From the sequence record ON529852.1: a stretch of DNA of 64,000 nt; one strand, written 5' to 3'. Under the pieces are notes generated by a model, which searched no databases, had not been told where the DNA came from, and was given only the letters and a program-made list of their open reading frames with translations. How positions within the stretch are numbered: position 1 is the first letter of the stretch; every line of letters begins with the position of its first letter. The position numbers and the translations under genes were made by a program. Below are positions 27,488 to 35,517 of this stretch, piece by piece.

Positions 27488-27562
27488 GCGTCCTGGGTGT
27501 GTTGGACAGCACGTTCAGCTTCTAACTGGAAAGGCCGGGTTCGATTCCTGGAGGACGCGCCA
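27488..27562 (+). tRNA. tRNA-Arg(UCU)
   Basis: Full cloverleaf: GCGTCCT/AGGACGC acceptor, G73, CCA, loop CT-TCT-AA, A20, GGTTCGATTCC. Confidence 0.93.
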
Positions 27563-27601
27563 TCGCTTGACACCACTTGAGGCGCGTGCATCATTCTTTC
27601 T

Positions 27602-27847
27602 ATGAAGAAACACCCTGACCCATGGTGCGGCGTCGGAGCCTTGCGCGCGCTCCACCACCCCTACGCCGCTAAATCGTTTCCAGGCGCCACGTACCTCCGT
27701 ACAGAATTTTGCACGGTATTCGATAAGTGGACCACCGTATATCAGGACGACAAGGGGCAAGAGTGCGTGATGGTTGAGATGTGGCAAGACCCTGAGGGAA
27801 AGACCGGCCGTATGGCGGTCATCAAACCGCGCGGCGTGCTCCACTAA
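27602..27847 (+). CDS. Hypothetical protein, probably leaderless
   Basis: TTGACA at 27567, -10 near 27589-27595, ATG at the predicted +1. Confidence 0.6.
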   Translation: MKKHPDPWCGVGALRALHHPYAAKSFPGATYLRTEFCTVFDKWTTVYQDDKGQECVMVEMWQDPEGKTGRMAVIKPRGVLH

Positions 27848-27848
27848 T

Positions 27849-27899
27849 CACTCCTGCGCTGCGCGCCGTCGTGCCCGGCTCCGCCGGCCGCACCTCCGG
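27849..27899 (+). repeat. Dispersed double-hairpin element
   Basis: CACTCCT-GCGC(TGC)GCGC-CGTCGTGC-CCGGC(TCC)GCCGG. Confidence 0.85.
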
Positions 27900-27922
27900 T
27901 CGATAACGCCCAGAATGACCAC

Positions 27923-28078
27923 GCCCGGCACAGCCGATACGGCTGATCCCGTTCGGGAACATTCGCCCCAAGCCCGGCACAGCCGATACGGCTGATCCCG
28001 TTCGGGAACATTCGCCCCAAGCCCGGCACAGCCGATACGGCTGATCCCGTTCGGGAACATTCGCCCCAAGCCCGGCAC
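27923..28078 (+). repeat. Perfect tandem repeat, 3 x 49 bp plus 9 bp
   Basis: Unit GCCCGGCACAGCCGATACGGCTGATCCCGTTCGGGAACATTCGCCCCAA starts at 27923, 27972, 28021, 28070. Confidence 0.95.
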
Positions 28079-28265
28079 GGCCGCAGCGTTTTGATCCCGA
28101 ACGGGATCACGCCGATGGTCGCCATATCATCCGCAACGGCCGATACGGGTTGATATGGGCGCCATCAGGGCCGGCGGGCAGTCGAGGCGGATGCATCAGA
28201 TATGACGCACGGGCTACGGCTGTCGGTATGTTTGACACCCATCGCCTGCTGTGTCATGCAGAGGG

Positions 28266-28426
28266 ACGGCTTCAGCCGCTAGGCTTTCGGGCCTGCCTGC
28301 TGACCGCATGCGGCGTGATGGAACCTGCGAGGCGCGGGCATTGCGCGGCCTAGTCCCGGATTACCGGCTGGAAAGATCGGGGCCTGCCCTGTGATCCGCT
28401 CGGCGCGTGCCCGGAGTGCGGTCAGC
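28266..28426 (+). ncRNA. Candidate structured RNA E
   Basis: TTGACA-17-CATGCA (28232-28260); UUCA and UUCG hairpins; 10-bp helix GCTGACCGCA/TGCGGTCAGC. Confidence 0.5.
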
Positions 28427-28430
28427 GGGC

Positions 28431-28820
28431 TTAAGCGAGGCGCACCAACGGCGTGTCGACGAAACGCTCGTCGGCGAACATCACCCCGACCAGCGCATAG
28501 AGATCGGGATCAGCGGCGAATTCTTCCACCACGTCCATGACGAACATCTCGGCCGTCCAGCCCCAGCCGCTCGCCTGAACGATGGCCTGGTTCAGATCAA
28601 GCAGGCGCTGCACGGCTCGCTCGTCCCACACATACAGGGCGCCGCCGAAGACGTTGCTTTCGGCTTCCGTGAAGACACGGTGCTTGAGATCGGTGGTCTG
28701 GAGCCAGGCCAGAGCCCGCTCCAGGGTCCACCCCGCCATAACGATGGTGCCCAGCGGCAGATACCCCATGGGCTTGTCGCGGCCGACCCGCAGGAGATCG
28801 TTCATATAGGCTTCGGACAT
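28431..28820 (-). CDS. Hypothetical phage protein
   Basis: SD AGGAG; DLLRVG.DKP.GYLPL pattern. Confidence 0.7.
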   Translation of the reverse strand: MSEAYMNDLLRVGRDKPMGYLPLGTIVMAGWTLERALAWLQTTDLKHRVFTEAESNVFGGALYVWDERAVQRLLDLNQAIVQASGWGWTAEMFVMDVVEEFAADPDLYALVGVMFADERFVDTPLVRLA

Positions 28821-28835
28821 GGGGTTCTCCTGGTT

Positions 28836-28878
28836 CAGATATGACGCGTTGGGCCGCGCAAGGCGTCAGATATGACGC
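28836..28878. promoter_or_regulatory. Operator-like palindrome GCGTCA-GATA-TGACGC plus a half-site
   Basis: CAGATATGACGC at 28836, 28867 and 28197. Confidence 0.55.
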
Positions 28879-28906
28879 AGATAGGCAAGGTCACGCGGTT
28901 GTTGGG

Positions 28907-29248
28907 TCAAGCCGCGAGCGCGGCGATGGTCAGGGAGACGGCCGCCAGAATGACCATCTTGAGGGCGCCGCCGATCAGGCTGTCGCCGTAGGAGAGCGAG
29001 GCCGGGTCGCCCCAACTCCGGCGCTCCCGCCCCGCGAGCGTCAACATGCCCGCGAACAGGACGAGGAAGCCGGCGGTCGCCAGGAAGGTCAGGACGACCC
29101 AGCCCGCCGACAGTGGGAAGAAGGCGAACATACCCCAGACCAGAAACAGGCCCAGGCTGAACCCACCTTCGATGTCCCGGTGCAGGGGTTCGTAGTCGGC
29201 GGCCGCCATGCGGGCCGAGGCGAGACGCAGGTGAGTTTCACGATCCAT
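28907..29248 (-). CDS. Three-TM membrane protein
   Basis: Hydrophobic segments. Confidence 0.6.
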   Translation of the reverse strand: MDRETHLRLASARMAAADYEPLHRDIEGGFSLGLFLVWGMFAFFPLSAGWVVLTFLATAGFLVLFAGMLTLAGRERRSWGDPASLSYGDSLIGGALKMVILAAVSLTIAALAA

Positions 29249-29771
29249 GCAGGGGTCCTTTCAAGGCGTCGAGCACCGCCGCGACGGCGACGGGATTCAT
29301 GGTGAGCGGCTCGCCCTCGCCGCGTAGGCGGGCGGTCCAGTAGGCGTTCTGTTCCCGAACATGGGCGCCCCAGTCCCGGACGTGCTGATCGGGTTGAGCC
29401 GGCAGTTCGGCGGTTCCGGCGCGGATGTCGCAGATCACGCCGAACTGCTCCAGGCAGAAGGTCTCGGCCATCTGGATGGCTTGATCCGTCGCGGGGCCTG
29501 GGGCGGCCTCGTAGAGGATCATGGCGTGCCACAGGGTCTCCTGCCCGACGGCGAAGGTCTGGCGGACATCTTCGCTGATCTCGGCCCCGACGATCTGCAA
29601 CACGCCCGCGTGGAACCCTTGCAGGAAGTCGAAGGCGGCCCGACGCCCGTCATCATCGGCCGCATCCGCCACCGCGTAGATGCGCTCCAGCGCGTCCAGC
29701 ACCAGGACGTCTTCAGTCCCCCGCTGGCAGGCGTAGGCGAACGTCGCGAGGTCGTCGGCGCGATGGGTCAC
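29238..29771 (-). CDS. Hypothetical protein
   Basis: Operon packing. Confidence 0.6.
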   Translation of the reverse strand: MTHRADDLATFAYACQRGTEDVLVLDALERIYAVADAADDDGRRAAFDFLQGFHAGVLQIVGAEISEDVRQTFAVGQETLWHAMILYEAAPGPATDQAIQMAETFCLEQFGVICDIRAGTAELPAQPDQHVRDWGAHVREQNAYWTARLRGEGEPLTMNPVAVAAVLDALKGPLHGS

Positions 29772-30082
29772 GCGGCAGGCTCAGGGTCGACCAGAGCCAG
29801 ATGTTCGCGCATGATGCCGTAGGCCTCCTCGGCAGACAGGTGGCTGTCGAGCAACTGTCGAGACAGGAAGTGGCGATTGGCGTCGATCTTGTGCGGCCCG
29901 TCCGCCACCCGATTGATCTCCAGCGCCCGCACAGCCTCGTCGATCGTCAGGGCGTCCACCAAGGCTGCCGAGGGCGTCGGCCCGCCGATGGTAGTCTGGA
30001 ATAGCTTCTGGTCAACCACACGCAGGGTCGAGGCCATGGCGCGCAGGCGGTCCAGCAGGGAGGTGGCTTGGTCGTGGGTCAT
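29768..30082 (-). CDS. Hypothetical protein
   Basis: Operon packing. Confidence 0.55.
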   Translation of the reverse strand: MTHDQATSLLDRLRAMASTLRVVDQKLFQTTIGGPTPSAALVDALTIDEAVRALEINRVADGPHKIDANRHFLSRQLLDSHLSAEEAYGIMREHLALVDPEPAA

Positions 30083-30492
30083 CAGGTCTCTTTCAGTTCG
30101 GGCGGAAGTTCAAACAGGCGGCGCTCGCCGGCCCGGTCGCGCCAGGCGTTGATCATCGCGACGGACGCAGCGTAGCCGGTGATCTCGGCGTCCATCGTCG
30201 GGGTCAGGTTGAAGGCGGCGCGCAGGGCCTGCGCCCTGGGGTCTTCGCGCATCTGCACCAGATGCGCCGACAGAACCTTAACGGGGTGCGGGCGGAACAG
30301 CAGGATGTCGAGGATGATCGACAGGTGCGACTGACCCGCCTGGTTCATGACCGCCTCGTGGATGGCGGTGTTCGCGGCCGAGGCGCCCATCTCAGGCTTG
30401 ACGCCGAAGGCCCGGCACACAGGCGCCGCGATCTCGGGGTTCGCCCGAAGGTAACGCACGAAGACGTCCACCGAGTCAGGACGACCGCTCAT
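30082..30492 (-). CDS. Hypothetical protein
   Basis: Operon packing; start MSGRPD. Confidence 0.55.
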   Translation of the reverse strand: MSGRPDSVDVFVRYLRANPEIAAPVCRAFGVKPEMGASAANTAIHEAVMNQAGQSHLSIILDILLFRPHPVKVLSAHLVQMREDPRAQALRAAFNLTPTMDAEITGYAASVAMINAWRDRAGERRLFELPPELKET

Positions 30493-30821
30493 GCGTCGCC
30501 CTGGTAGGCCGCAAAGAGGCGCTGCGCTTCGGCGGCGCGCTTCAGCCGCCCGGCGATGCCGTCCTGGATGACCTGCTCGCAGTAGGCCTTGGCGGCGTCC
30601 GCCGACTCGAAGCCCAGCTTGCCGCTGTTGTTGACCACCGCGCCCCACTTATACTTGTAGAAGTCGAAGCCGATGTTCACACGGGCCTCGTAGTCGCCGT
30701 GGATCAGCTTCCAGACGGGCTCGCCGTTGTTCTCGCCGGCGTTGCGCCACGTCATGGTGCGGTCGCCGACCGGCTCGGGGGTGAAGCGCTCCTGGGCCAG
30801 CGGATTAGGGGCGTCGGTCAT
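30489..30821 (-). CDS. Hypothetical protein
   Basis: Operon packing. Confidence 0.6.
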   Translation of the reverse strand: MTDAPNPLAQERFTPEPVGDRTMTWRNAGENNGEPVWKLIHGDYEARVNIGFDFYKYKWGAVVNNSGKLGFESADAAKAYCEQVIQDGIAGRLKRAAEAQRLFAAYQGDA

Positions 30822-31063
30822 GCGATCTCCTCGAAGTTGATGCGGGCGATGAAATAGCGTTGCGGGACCCGGTCCCAGGCGTCCTTGGTGGTCTTCAGGC
30901 GTTCGGTGCGGCGATCGTTCGCGCTCTTCAGGAAGGCCTGGGCCTCGGCGAGGTCCATAGGGACCGAGACGCTCCAGACCTTTCCGCTCCTCTCGATGCG
31001 GACGACGTAAATCTTGTCCTGCTCAACAGGGGCGGGCGAAACAGATACTGATACAGCAGTCAT
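30818..31063 (-). CDS. Hypothetical protein
   Basis: Start MTAVSV downstream of the promoter at 31091. Confidence 0.55.
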   Translation of the reverse strand: MTAVSVSVSPAPVEQDKIYVVRIERSGKVWSVSVPMDLAEAQAFLKSANDRRTERLKTTKDAWDRVPQRYFIARINFEEIA

Positions 31064-31090
31064 GGGGTCCCTTCGGTTGATGCCGTCGCT

Positions 31091-31117
31091 GTAAAGGAAC
31101 GATTTGCAGATGTCAAT
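31091..31117 (-). promoter_or_regulatory. Phage-type promoter
   Basis: TTGACA-TCTGCAAATCG-TTCCTTTAC. Confidence 0.8.
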
Positions 31118-31184
31118 CGGAATCTCACTCATTGTCAGCCCGAGAGAGTTGACAGACGTCAATCACCCCGCTAGGAGTGCCGTC

Positions 31185-31338
31185 GTTGGTGGCGCTCCCA
31201 CCCTCTCCCGAGGCGACGGCCAGACGGATCAAGAGGGTGACGTGGTAGGAGCCATGATTTTGATGAGGCCCGCCGGATCGCCGGCGTGAACGCGGGCCAG
31301 TCCGAGACATGCGGGTTCGACTCCCGGCCGCCGACCCA
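31185..31338 (+). ncRNA. Candidate tRNA-like RNA A (154 nt)
   Basis: TTGACA-17-TAGGAG promoter; 5'/3' ends pair (GTTGGTGGC/GCCGCCGAC); T-arm CGGG-TTCGACT-CCCG; ends CCA. Confidence 0.65.
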
Positions 31339-31357
31339 AATTCACTGGAGGGGCCGC

Positions 31358-31804
31358 ATGACCACGATCGCCGAACTGCTGGAGCAGACCCCTGCTCGCA
31401 TTGACACCGGCATCGAGAAGCTGGTCGCCTCACGCTACAACCACGTCACGGAGGTCGAGGATCACCACCTCTATGGCCTCATCTACAACGACGACTTCTG
31501 CCCTCTGGTCGAGCAGCACATCTTCCACGAGGCGGTGTACGACTACCGCCGGGCCTGGGTGCTGTTCGGCGTGCGCTTCAACGGCGCCTGGGTCATGCTG
31601 TGCTCGAACGCCGGCCGCGAACTGGACGACTACGCCCAACGTCAGGTCCTGGACGCCGAGGCCTATGTCGCCATGATCGCCTACATTCGGTCCGAACTCG
31701 TGCGGCATGGCGAGACGCCGCTGCCCGAGGTCACGCCGCTGGACACCGAAGTCCAATTCACCTTCTACGGGCATGACGTCCGTGAGCCGCACTACCACTT
31801 CTAG
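31358..31804 (+). CDS. Hypothetical phage protein
   Basis: SD GGAGG. Confidence 0.7.
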   Translation: MTTIAELLEQTPARIDTGIEKLVASRYNHVTEVEDHHLYGLIYNDDFCPLVEQHIFHEAVYDYRRAWVLFGVRFNGAWVMLCSNAGRELDDYAQRQVLDAEAYVAMIAYIRSELVRHGETPLPEVTPLDTEVQFTFYGHDVREPHYHF

Positions 31805-31811
31805 GAGCCCC

Positions 31812-32318
31812 ATGAACTTCGCCGACCTCAAGAACCTGCTGGCCCGACACGGCTTCGGCAACATCACCGCGATCAACCATGTCGCGGGATCGCTGCGCGA
31901 GGCTGGGCTGATCCAGGCCGGCACGAAGACGCCCATGACGGCCGAGGACGCCGTTGCGATGATCCTGGGTATGTCGTGCCGGGGGACGGTGCGCGAGAAG
32001 TTCCACAACGTCGAGGCGCTGCTGGCGATGCGCGGGATTAGCTACGGGCACGCGTGGACGGATGAAAACCGCACTTTCGGCGCGTTGTTCGCCCACTTGC
32101 TTCGGGCCTATCAGCCGGACCAACGCCGCCACAGCCTGTCGATTTCGCCCGATCGCCCTGTGGCGACCTACACCTGCCATGACACCTATACAGCGGATTC
32201 CTCGGGGATCGCCTACGGCAAAGGGGTGAGTGCGACCGCGCCCCTGGCGCCGGTGATCTGGACCGTGTCGATCAGTCACGACGTCCTGCATGATGTCGCC
32301 CTGTCGCTGCGCGCCTAA
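31812..32318 (+). CDS. Hypothetical protein
   Basis: SD AGGAG. Confidence 0.65.
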   Translation: MNFADLKNLLARHGFGNITAINHVAGSLREAGLIQAGTKTPMTAEDAVAMILGMSCRGTVREKFHNVEALLAMRGISYGHAWTDENRTFGALFAHLLRAYQPDQRRHSLSISPDRPVATYTCHDTYTADSSGIAYGKGVSATAPLAPVIWTVSISHDVLHDVALSLRA

Positions 32319-32336
32319 TCCCTCAAGACGCCCAAC

Positions 32337-32372
32337 AAAAAGGCCCTGCCCGTTCCCAGGTCAGGGCCTTTA
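32337..32372. terminator. Bidirectional terminator
   Basis: AAGGCCCTG/CAGGGCCTT stem with A/T tracts between convergent genes. Confidence 0.8.
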
Positions 32373-32393
32373 TTAGCAGTCGAGCCGCCTATA

Positions 32394-33017
32394 TTAGACG
32401 CCGTAGCCCGGCTCAAGCGCGCGCCGCATGTTCTGGCGCGCCTGCACTTCCAGCGGCTTGAACTGCTCGGTGAAGAAGATCGACGGTTGCTCCAGGGTGT
32501 GCTGGAGAAAGGCGCGACGCCCCTTCTCATAGGCGTCGGGGTCCAGCCCGCCCGACAGGAACTCCAGCTTCAGGTTCTCGCTGTTGCGGTCGTATTCGTC
32601 AGGGTCGGCCGCCAGCGGCGCCATGTCCAGGTCGACCATGTGGCGGATCATGTGGCGCACCGACGGGTCGTCATGCGGGAACTCGTCCGGATTGTGATTG
32701 ATCGTCACCAGGATCAGCGCCTCGGCGATCTCCGGCCGAACGAACAGGCCCTTCGCGCGCCACGCCTCCAGGCTCTGGCGCTCGTTCCACCCCTTCTCGC
32801 GTCCGATCTGGTAGACGCAGTCGTGCGCGGCCACGGCGGTGCGGAAGATCACCTCCAGGTAGGCCGGGAAGTAGGGCTTGCGGTAGCCGAGGACGCGCAG
32901 ACCGCGCGTGGCGCCGCTGTCGTGCATCTCCAGCATCTCCAGGACGTGGAAGACGCTGTGGTAGCGGCGGTGCGGCTCGTCGTAGAGGCGCAGGAGTTCG
33001 AGTTGGGTGAGGTTCAT
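32394..33017 (-). CDS. HD-superfamily metal-dependent phosphohydrolase
   Basis: YDEPHRRYHS..H..EML, AHDCVY and DLDM..LA motifs. Confidence 0.85.
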   Translation of the reverse strand: MNLTQLELLRLYDEPHRRYHSVFHVLEMLEMHDSGATRGLRVLGYRKPYFPAYLEVIFRTAVAAHDCVYQIGREKGWNERQSLEAWRAKGLFVRPEIAEALILVTINHNPDEFPHDDPSVRHMIRHMVDLDMAPLAADPDEYDRNSENLKLEFLSGGLDPDAYEKGRRAFLQHTLEQPSIFFTEQFKPLEVQARQNMRRALEPGYGV

Positions 33018-33029
33018 GTGGGCCTGCGG

Positions 33030-33263
33030 TTACCGGTTGAGCGAGAGGCGTCCCGCATGGAACGCCCGGATCGGGTTGAGCCCGTCGTCCAGAGGCTGGA
33101 ACGCCTTCCACAGGTCGTTGCGCCAGGGCTTGGTCAGGGCGAGGATGCGGTCGCGTTCGGCGCCCTCCAGCACTTCGCCGGTGTCGGGATCGACGACATA
33201 GAAGTCGTGCGTCATCAGCCGACGGAAGGCGTCGCACATCTGTTCGGAGGGGTTGGACCGCAT
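33030..33263 (-). CDS. Hypothetical protein, probably leaderless
   Basis: TTGACA-16-CAAGGT then 6 nt to ATG. Confidence 0.55.
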   Translation of the reverse strand: MRSNPSEQMCDAFRRLMTHDFYVVDPDTGEVLEGAERDRILALTKPWRNDLWKAFQPLDDGLNPIRAFHAGRLSLNR

Positions 33264-33312
33264 AGCTTCACCTTGCGCATGCCGCCACGAATGTCAAGGA
33301 TACCGACAATGC

Positions 33313-33516
33313 AAAACGCCCCCGGCGAACCGGGGGCGTCAGGGTGGCGTGGAATAAACGACACGATCCGAAAAGGGTCCGGGCTCCACTCCCCCGTTAG
33401 CTGTTCGGTCGGCTCACCGTAAGGCCCGACGGTGATCGTCGCCGGGTTGCAGTCCTACCCCCGGCTGGCTGGGCTTAATCCAGGAACCGAGGCCCCTAGT
33501 TGCTGCGCCGCTATGC
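33313..33516 (-). ncRNA. Candidate structured RNA B (~200 nt)
   Basis: TTGACT-16-CACCAT promoter (33523-33550), several hairpins, UUCG terminator at 33313-33339. Confidence 0.5.
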
Positions 33517-33546
33517 CTGAGCATGGTGCCTGAATAGGCGTAAAAG

Positions 33547-33756
33547 TCAAGCTTTCAGCGCCGCCTTGCGCATCCGGGCCGCCAGAGGATCGTCGGCGCC
33601 GCGAGGCTCGACGCCGTCCGGCAGCACGCTATAGGCGACGAACGGATTGCGCCGGTGCGCCCCGACCTTGATCATCGACAGCACGGTCTTCTCGCGCAGG
33701 ACCAGGTAGCAGGGTTCGTCCCGAAACCAGACCTCATAGCGCCGACGTTTCGACAT
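33547..33756 (-). CDS. Hypothetical protein
   Basis: Operon packing. Confidence 0.5.
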   Translation of the reverse strand: MSKRRRYEVWFRDEPCYLVLREKTVLSMIKVGAHRRNPFVAYSVLPDGVEPRGADDPLAARMRKAALKA

Positions 33757-33937
33757 CAGCCGGGAAACATCGCCGAGCGCTGTTCCGGCGTCAGGCGCGG
33801 ACTCGGCAGGCGTGTCCGTAGACGTGTGGCGATCCGCCGGGCCAGGTCATAGTCGGCCTCCTCCAGGAACTCGGGGGTCACGTCTTCCAGCGCGTTGAAC
33901 CACTGGCGCAGCAGGTCGATCTCTTCGTCGCTGAAAA

Positions 33938-34462
33938 TCACAGCTTCACAATCCCCTCGCAGGTGCGGGTGTAATAGAGCGCGCCCTGGACGGCCGGGTG
34001 CTGGTAGTAGGAGAAGCCGCAGCGGCAGACGACGTCGCCGCCGGCGCGCGGCACGCCGACCTCGTCGATGAAGAGGCGGTCCGCCTCGGCCAGAAGGGCG
34101 GGCGCGTTGCCGTTCTGGTCATAGCCCAGGCTCTCGCGCATGGTGTCGGGGATGCCGAACAAGCGCTTGTCGCGCCGGGCCTCGATCTCCTTGCACAGGT
34201 CGCTGTAGGCTTTGATGATCCACAGCGACGCGTCGCGTTGGGCGCTCGGGTCGCCCTCGTAGTAGGCGATGACTGGGTTCATCTCGTTGAGGTAAACAGT
34301 CCACCCCGGCCCTTTCGCCCTGGTCCCCTCGACCTGGACACCGTAGATGTCCCCTTGATACCTGCGCAGGACGGTCCTCAACAGGTCCCCGCCGGACCCA
34401 GGCTCCATCTCCACCACGCCTTCCGGCAGGAACTTCGCCCGCCGCTCGCGCGCTGTCGTCAT
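33938..34462 (-). CDS. Hypothetical protein with C-terminal CxC..H..C motif
   Basis: CRCGFSYYQHP..TCEGIVKL. Confidence 0.6.
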   Translation of the reverse strand: MTTARERRAKFLPEGVVEMEPGSGGDLLRTVLRRYQGDIYGVQVEGTRAKGPGWTVYLNEMNPVIAYYEGDPSAQRDASLWIIKAYSDLCKEIEARRDKRLFGIPDTMRESLGYDQNGNAPALLAEADRLFIDEVGVPRAGGDVVCRCGFSYYQHPAVQGALYYTRTCEGIVKL

Positions 34463-34903
34463 CCGTATCGTCCTTCATCTTCACGCCGACGCGGCATGTC
34501 ATGATCTTCGCGACGGTCCTCGAAGACCTCGATCGCCCGCGTCAGGCGCTCTCGCACATGCTGCCGCCGCGCGTCTTTCCTGATCTTCGGCAGTTCATCC
34601 AGCGCCAGGCGCAGGGCGTCCTCGATCATGTCGCCGTAGTCGTCGTCGATGATCACGCGGGGTCCGCCTTCGGCAGCGAATCCACGATGACGTGCCCCGC
34701 GACGTCGAGCCGCAGGCCTTGACCGTCCCCCGCGAACTCGCCCGCCAACTGCTGGGCCGCGCCGGACGGATCAGGCTTGTGCCAGACCTGCCAGCCGCCG
34801 GCGCGGGTGCAGGTGATCTCGACATTGTAGGGCAGGTCGAAGATCGACGTGCGCTCCATGTCCTCGGTCGTCAGGTGCAGGTCGTGATATGAGGGCGCCT
34901 CGG

Positions 34904-35206
34904 TCACCGCTTGACCTCGAAGGTCGTGCCGTTCGGGCTCTGGAGGATTTCGCCGTAGAGCGGCACGACGTCGAACACCTCGGTCGAGCCGTCGGCCCAG
35001 CCCTTCGCCCCGCGCAGGTCCCGCGTTTGCAGCAGGCGCAGGTGCGCTTCGCCGATGTCGAAGTCGTGGAAGATCGTGCCGTGGTGGGGCGCTCGGGTCC
35101 AGGTCGACGGCGTCATGTAATAACGGACCTGGACGGCACCGTCGGGCGCAGTCTTGGTCGAGCGCAGGACGTAGCAGTTCTCTTCCAGCAGGGTGATCTT
35201 GCTCAC
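34904..35206 (-). CDS. Hypothetical protein
   Basis: Operon packing. Confidence 0.55.
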   Translation of the reverse strand: MSKITLLEENCYVLRSTKTAPDGAVQVRYYMTPSTWTRAPHHGTIFHDFDIGEAHLRLLQTRDLRGAKGWADGSTEVFDVVPLYGEILQSPNGTTFEVKR

Positions 35207-35514
35207 AGTCCGGCCGCCTGGCGCGCCGCCTTGATGTCGCCGATGCGCACCGAGACCTGATTGAGCATGACCCGGTCATTGTCCTTCAGCCCGTGCCAAT
35301 CCCCGTCGCTCGGCCCGCCGTAATACCCGGCAGCGGTCTTGGCGACCTGATCCAAGACGCCAAGACGCACGAACGCCGCGCTCAACAGATCACGGGCGTG
35401 CCCGCCTAGTCCGTGCGGCGCCAGGGCGTCGGCCTCGTCCAGGGCCAGTATGGCACTGATGCTGCCCAGGAGGTTGGCGTTGTCGCCCCGGAAGGTGTCG
35501 GTGATTTCGGTCAT
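35203..35514 (-). CDS. Hypothetical protein
   Basis: Operon packing. Confidence 0.55.
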   Translation of the reverse strand: MTEITDTFRGDNANLLGSISAILALDEADALAPHGLGGHARDLLSAAFVRLGVLDQVAKTAAGYYGGPSDGDWHGLKDNDRVMLNQVSVRIGDIKAARQAAGL

Positions 35515-35517
35515 GGC

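Noticed and set aside
27519-27525. Amber suppressor (CUA) reading of the tRNA
   Set aside because: The stem TTCAG/CTGGA centres the loop on TCT; A20 and G73 fit Arg identity
27923-28078. CRISPR array
   Set aside because: Units are contiguous and identical with no spacers; no cas genes in the window
31185-31338. tmRNA or an ordinary tRNA
   Set aside because: No G3-U70 or tag frame, no D-arm or anticodon arm, and twice the tRNA length; kept as a tRNA-like ncRNA
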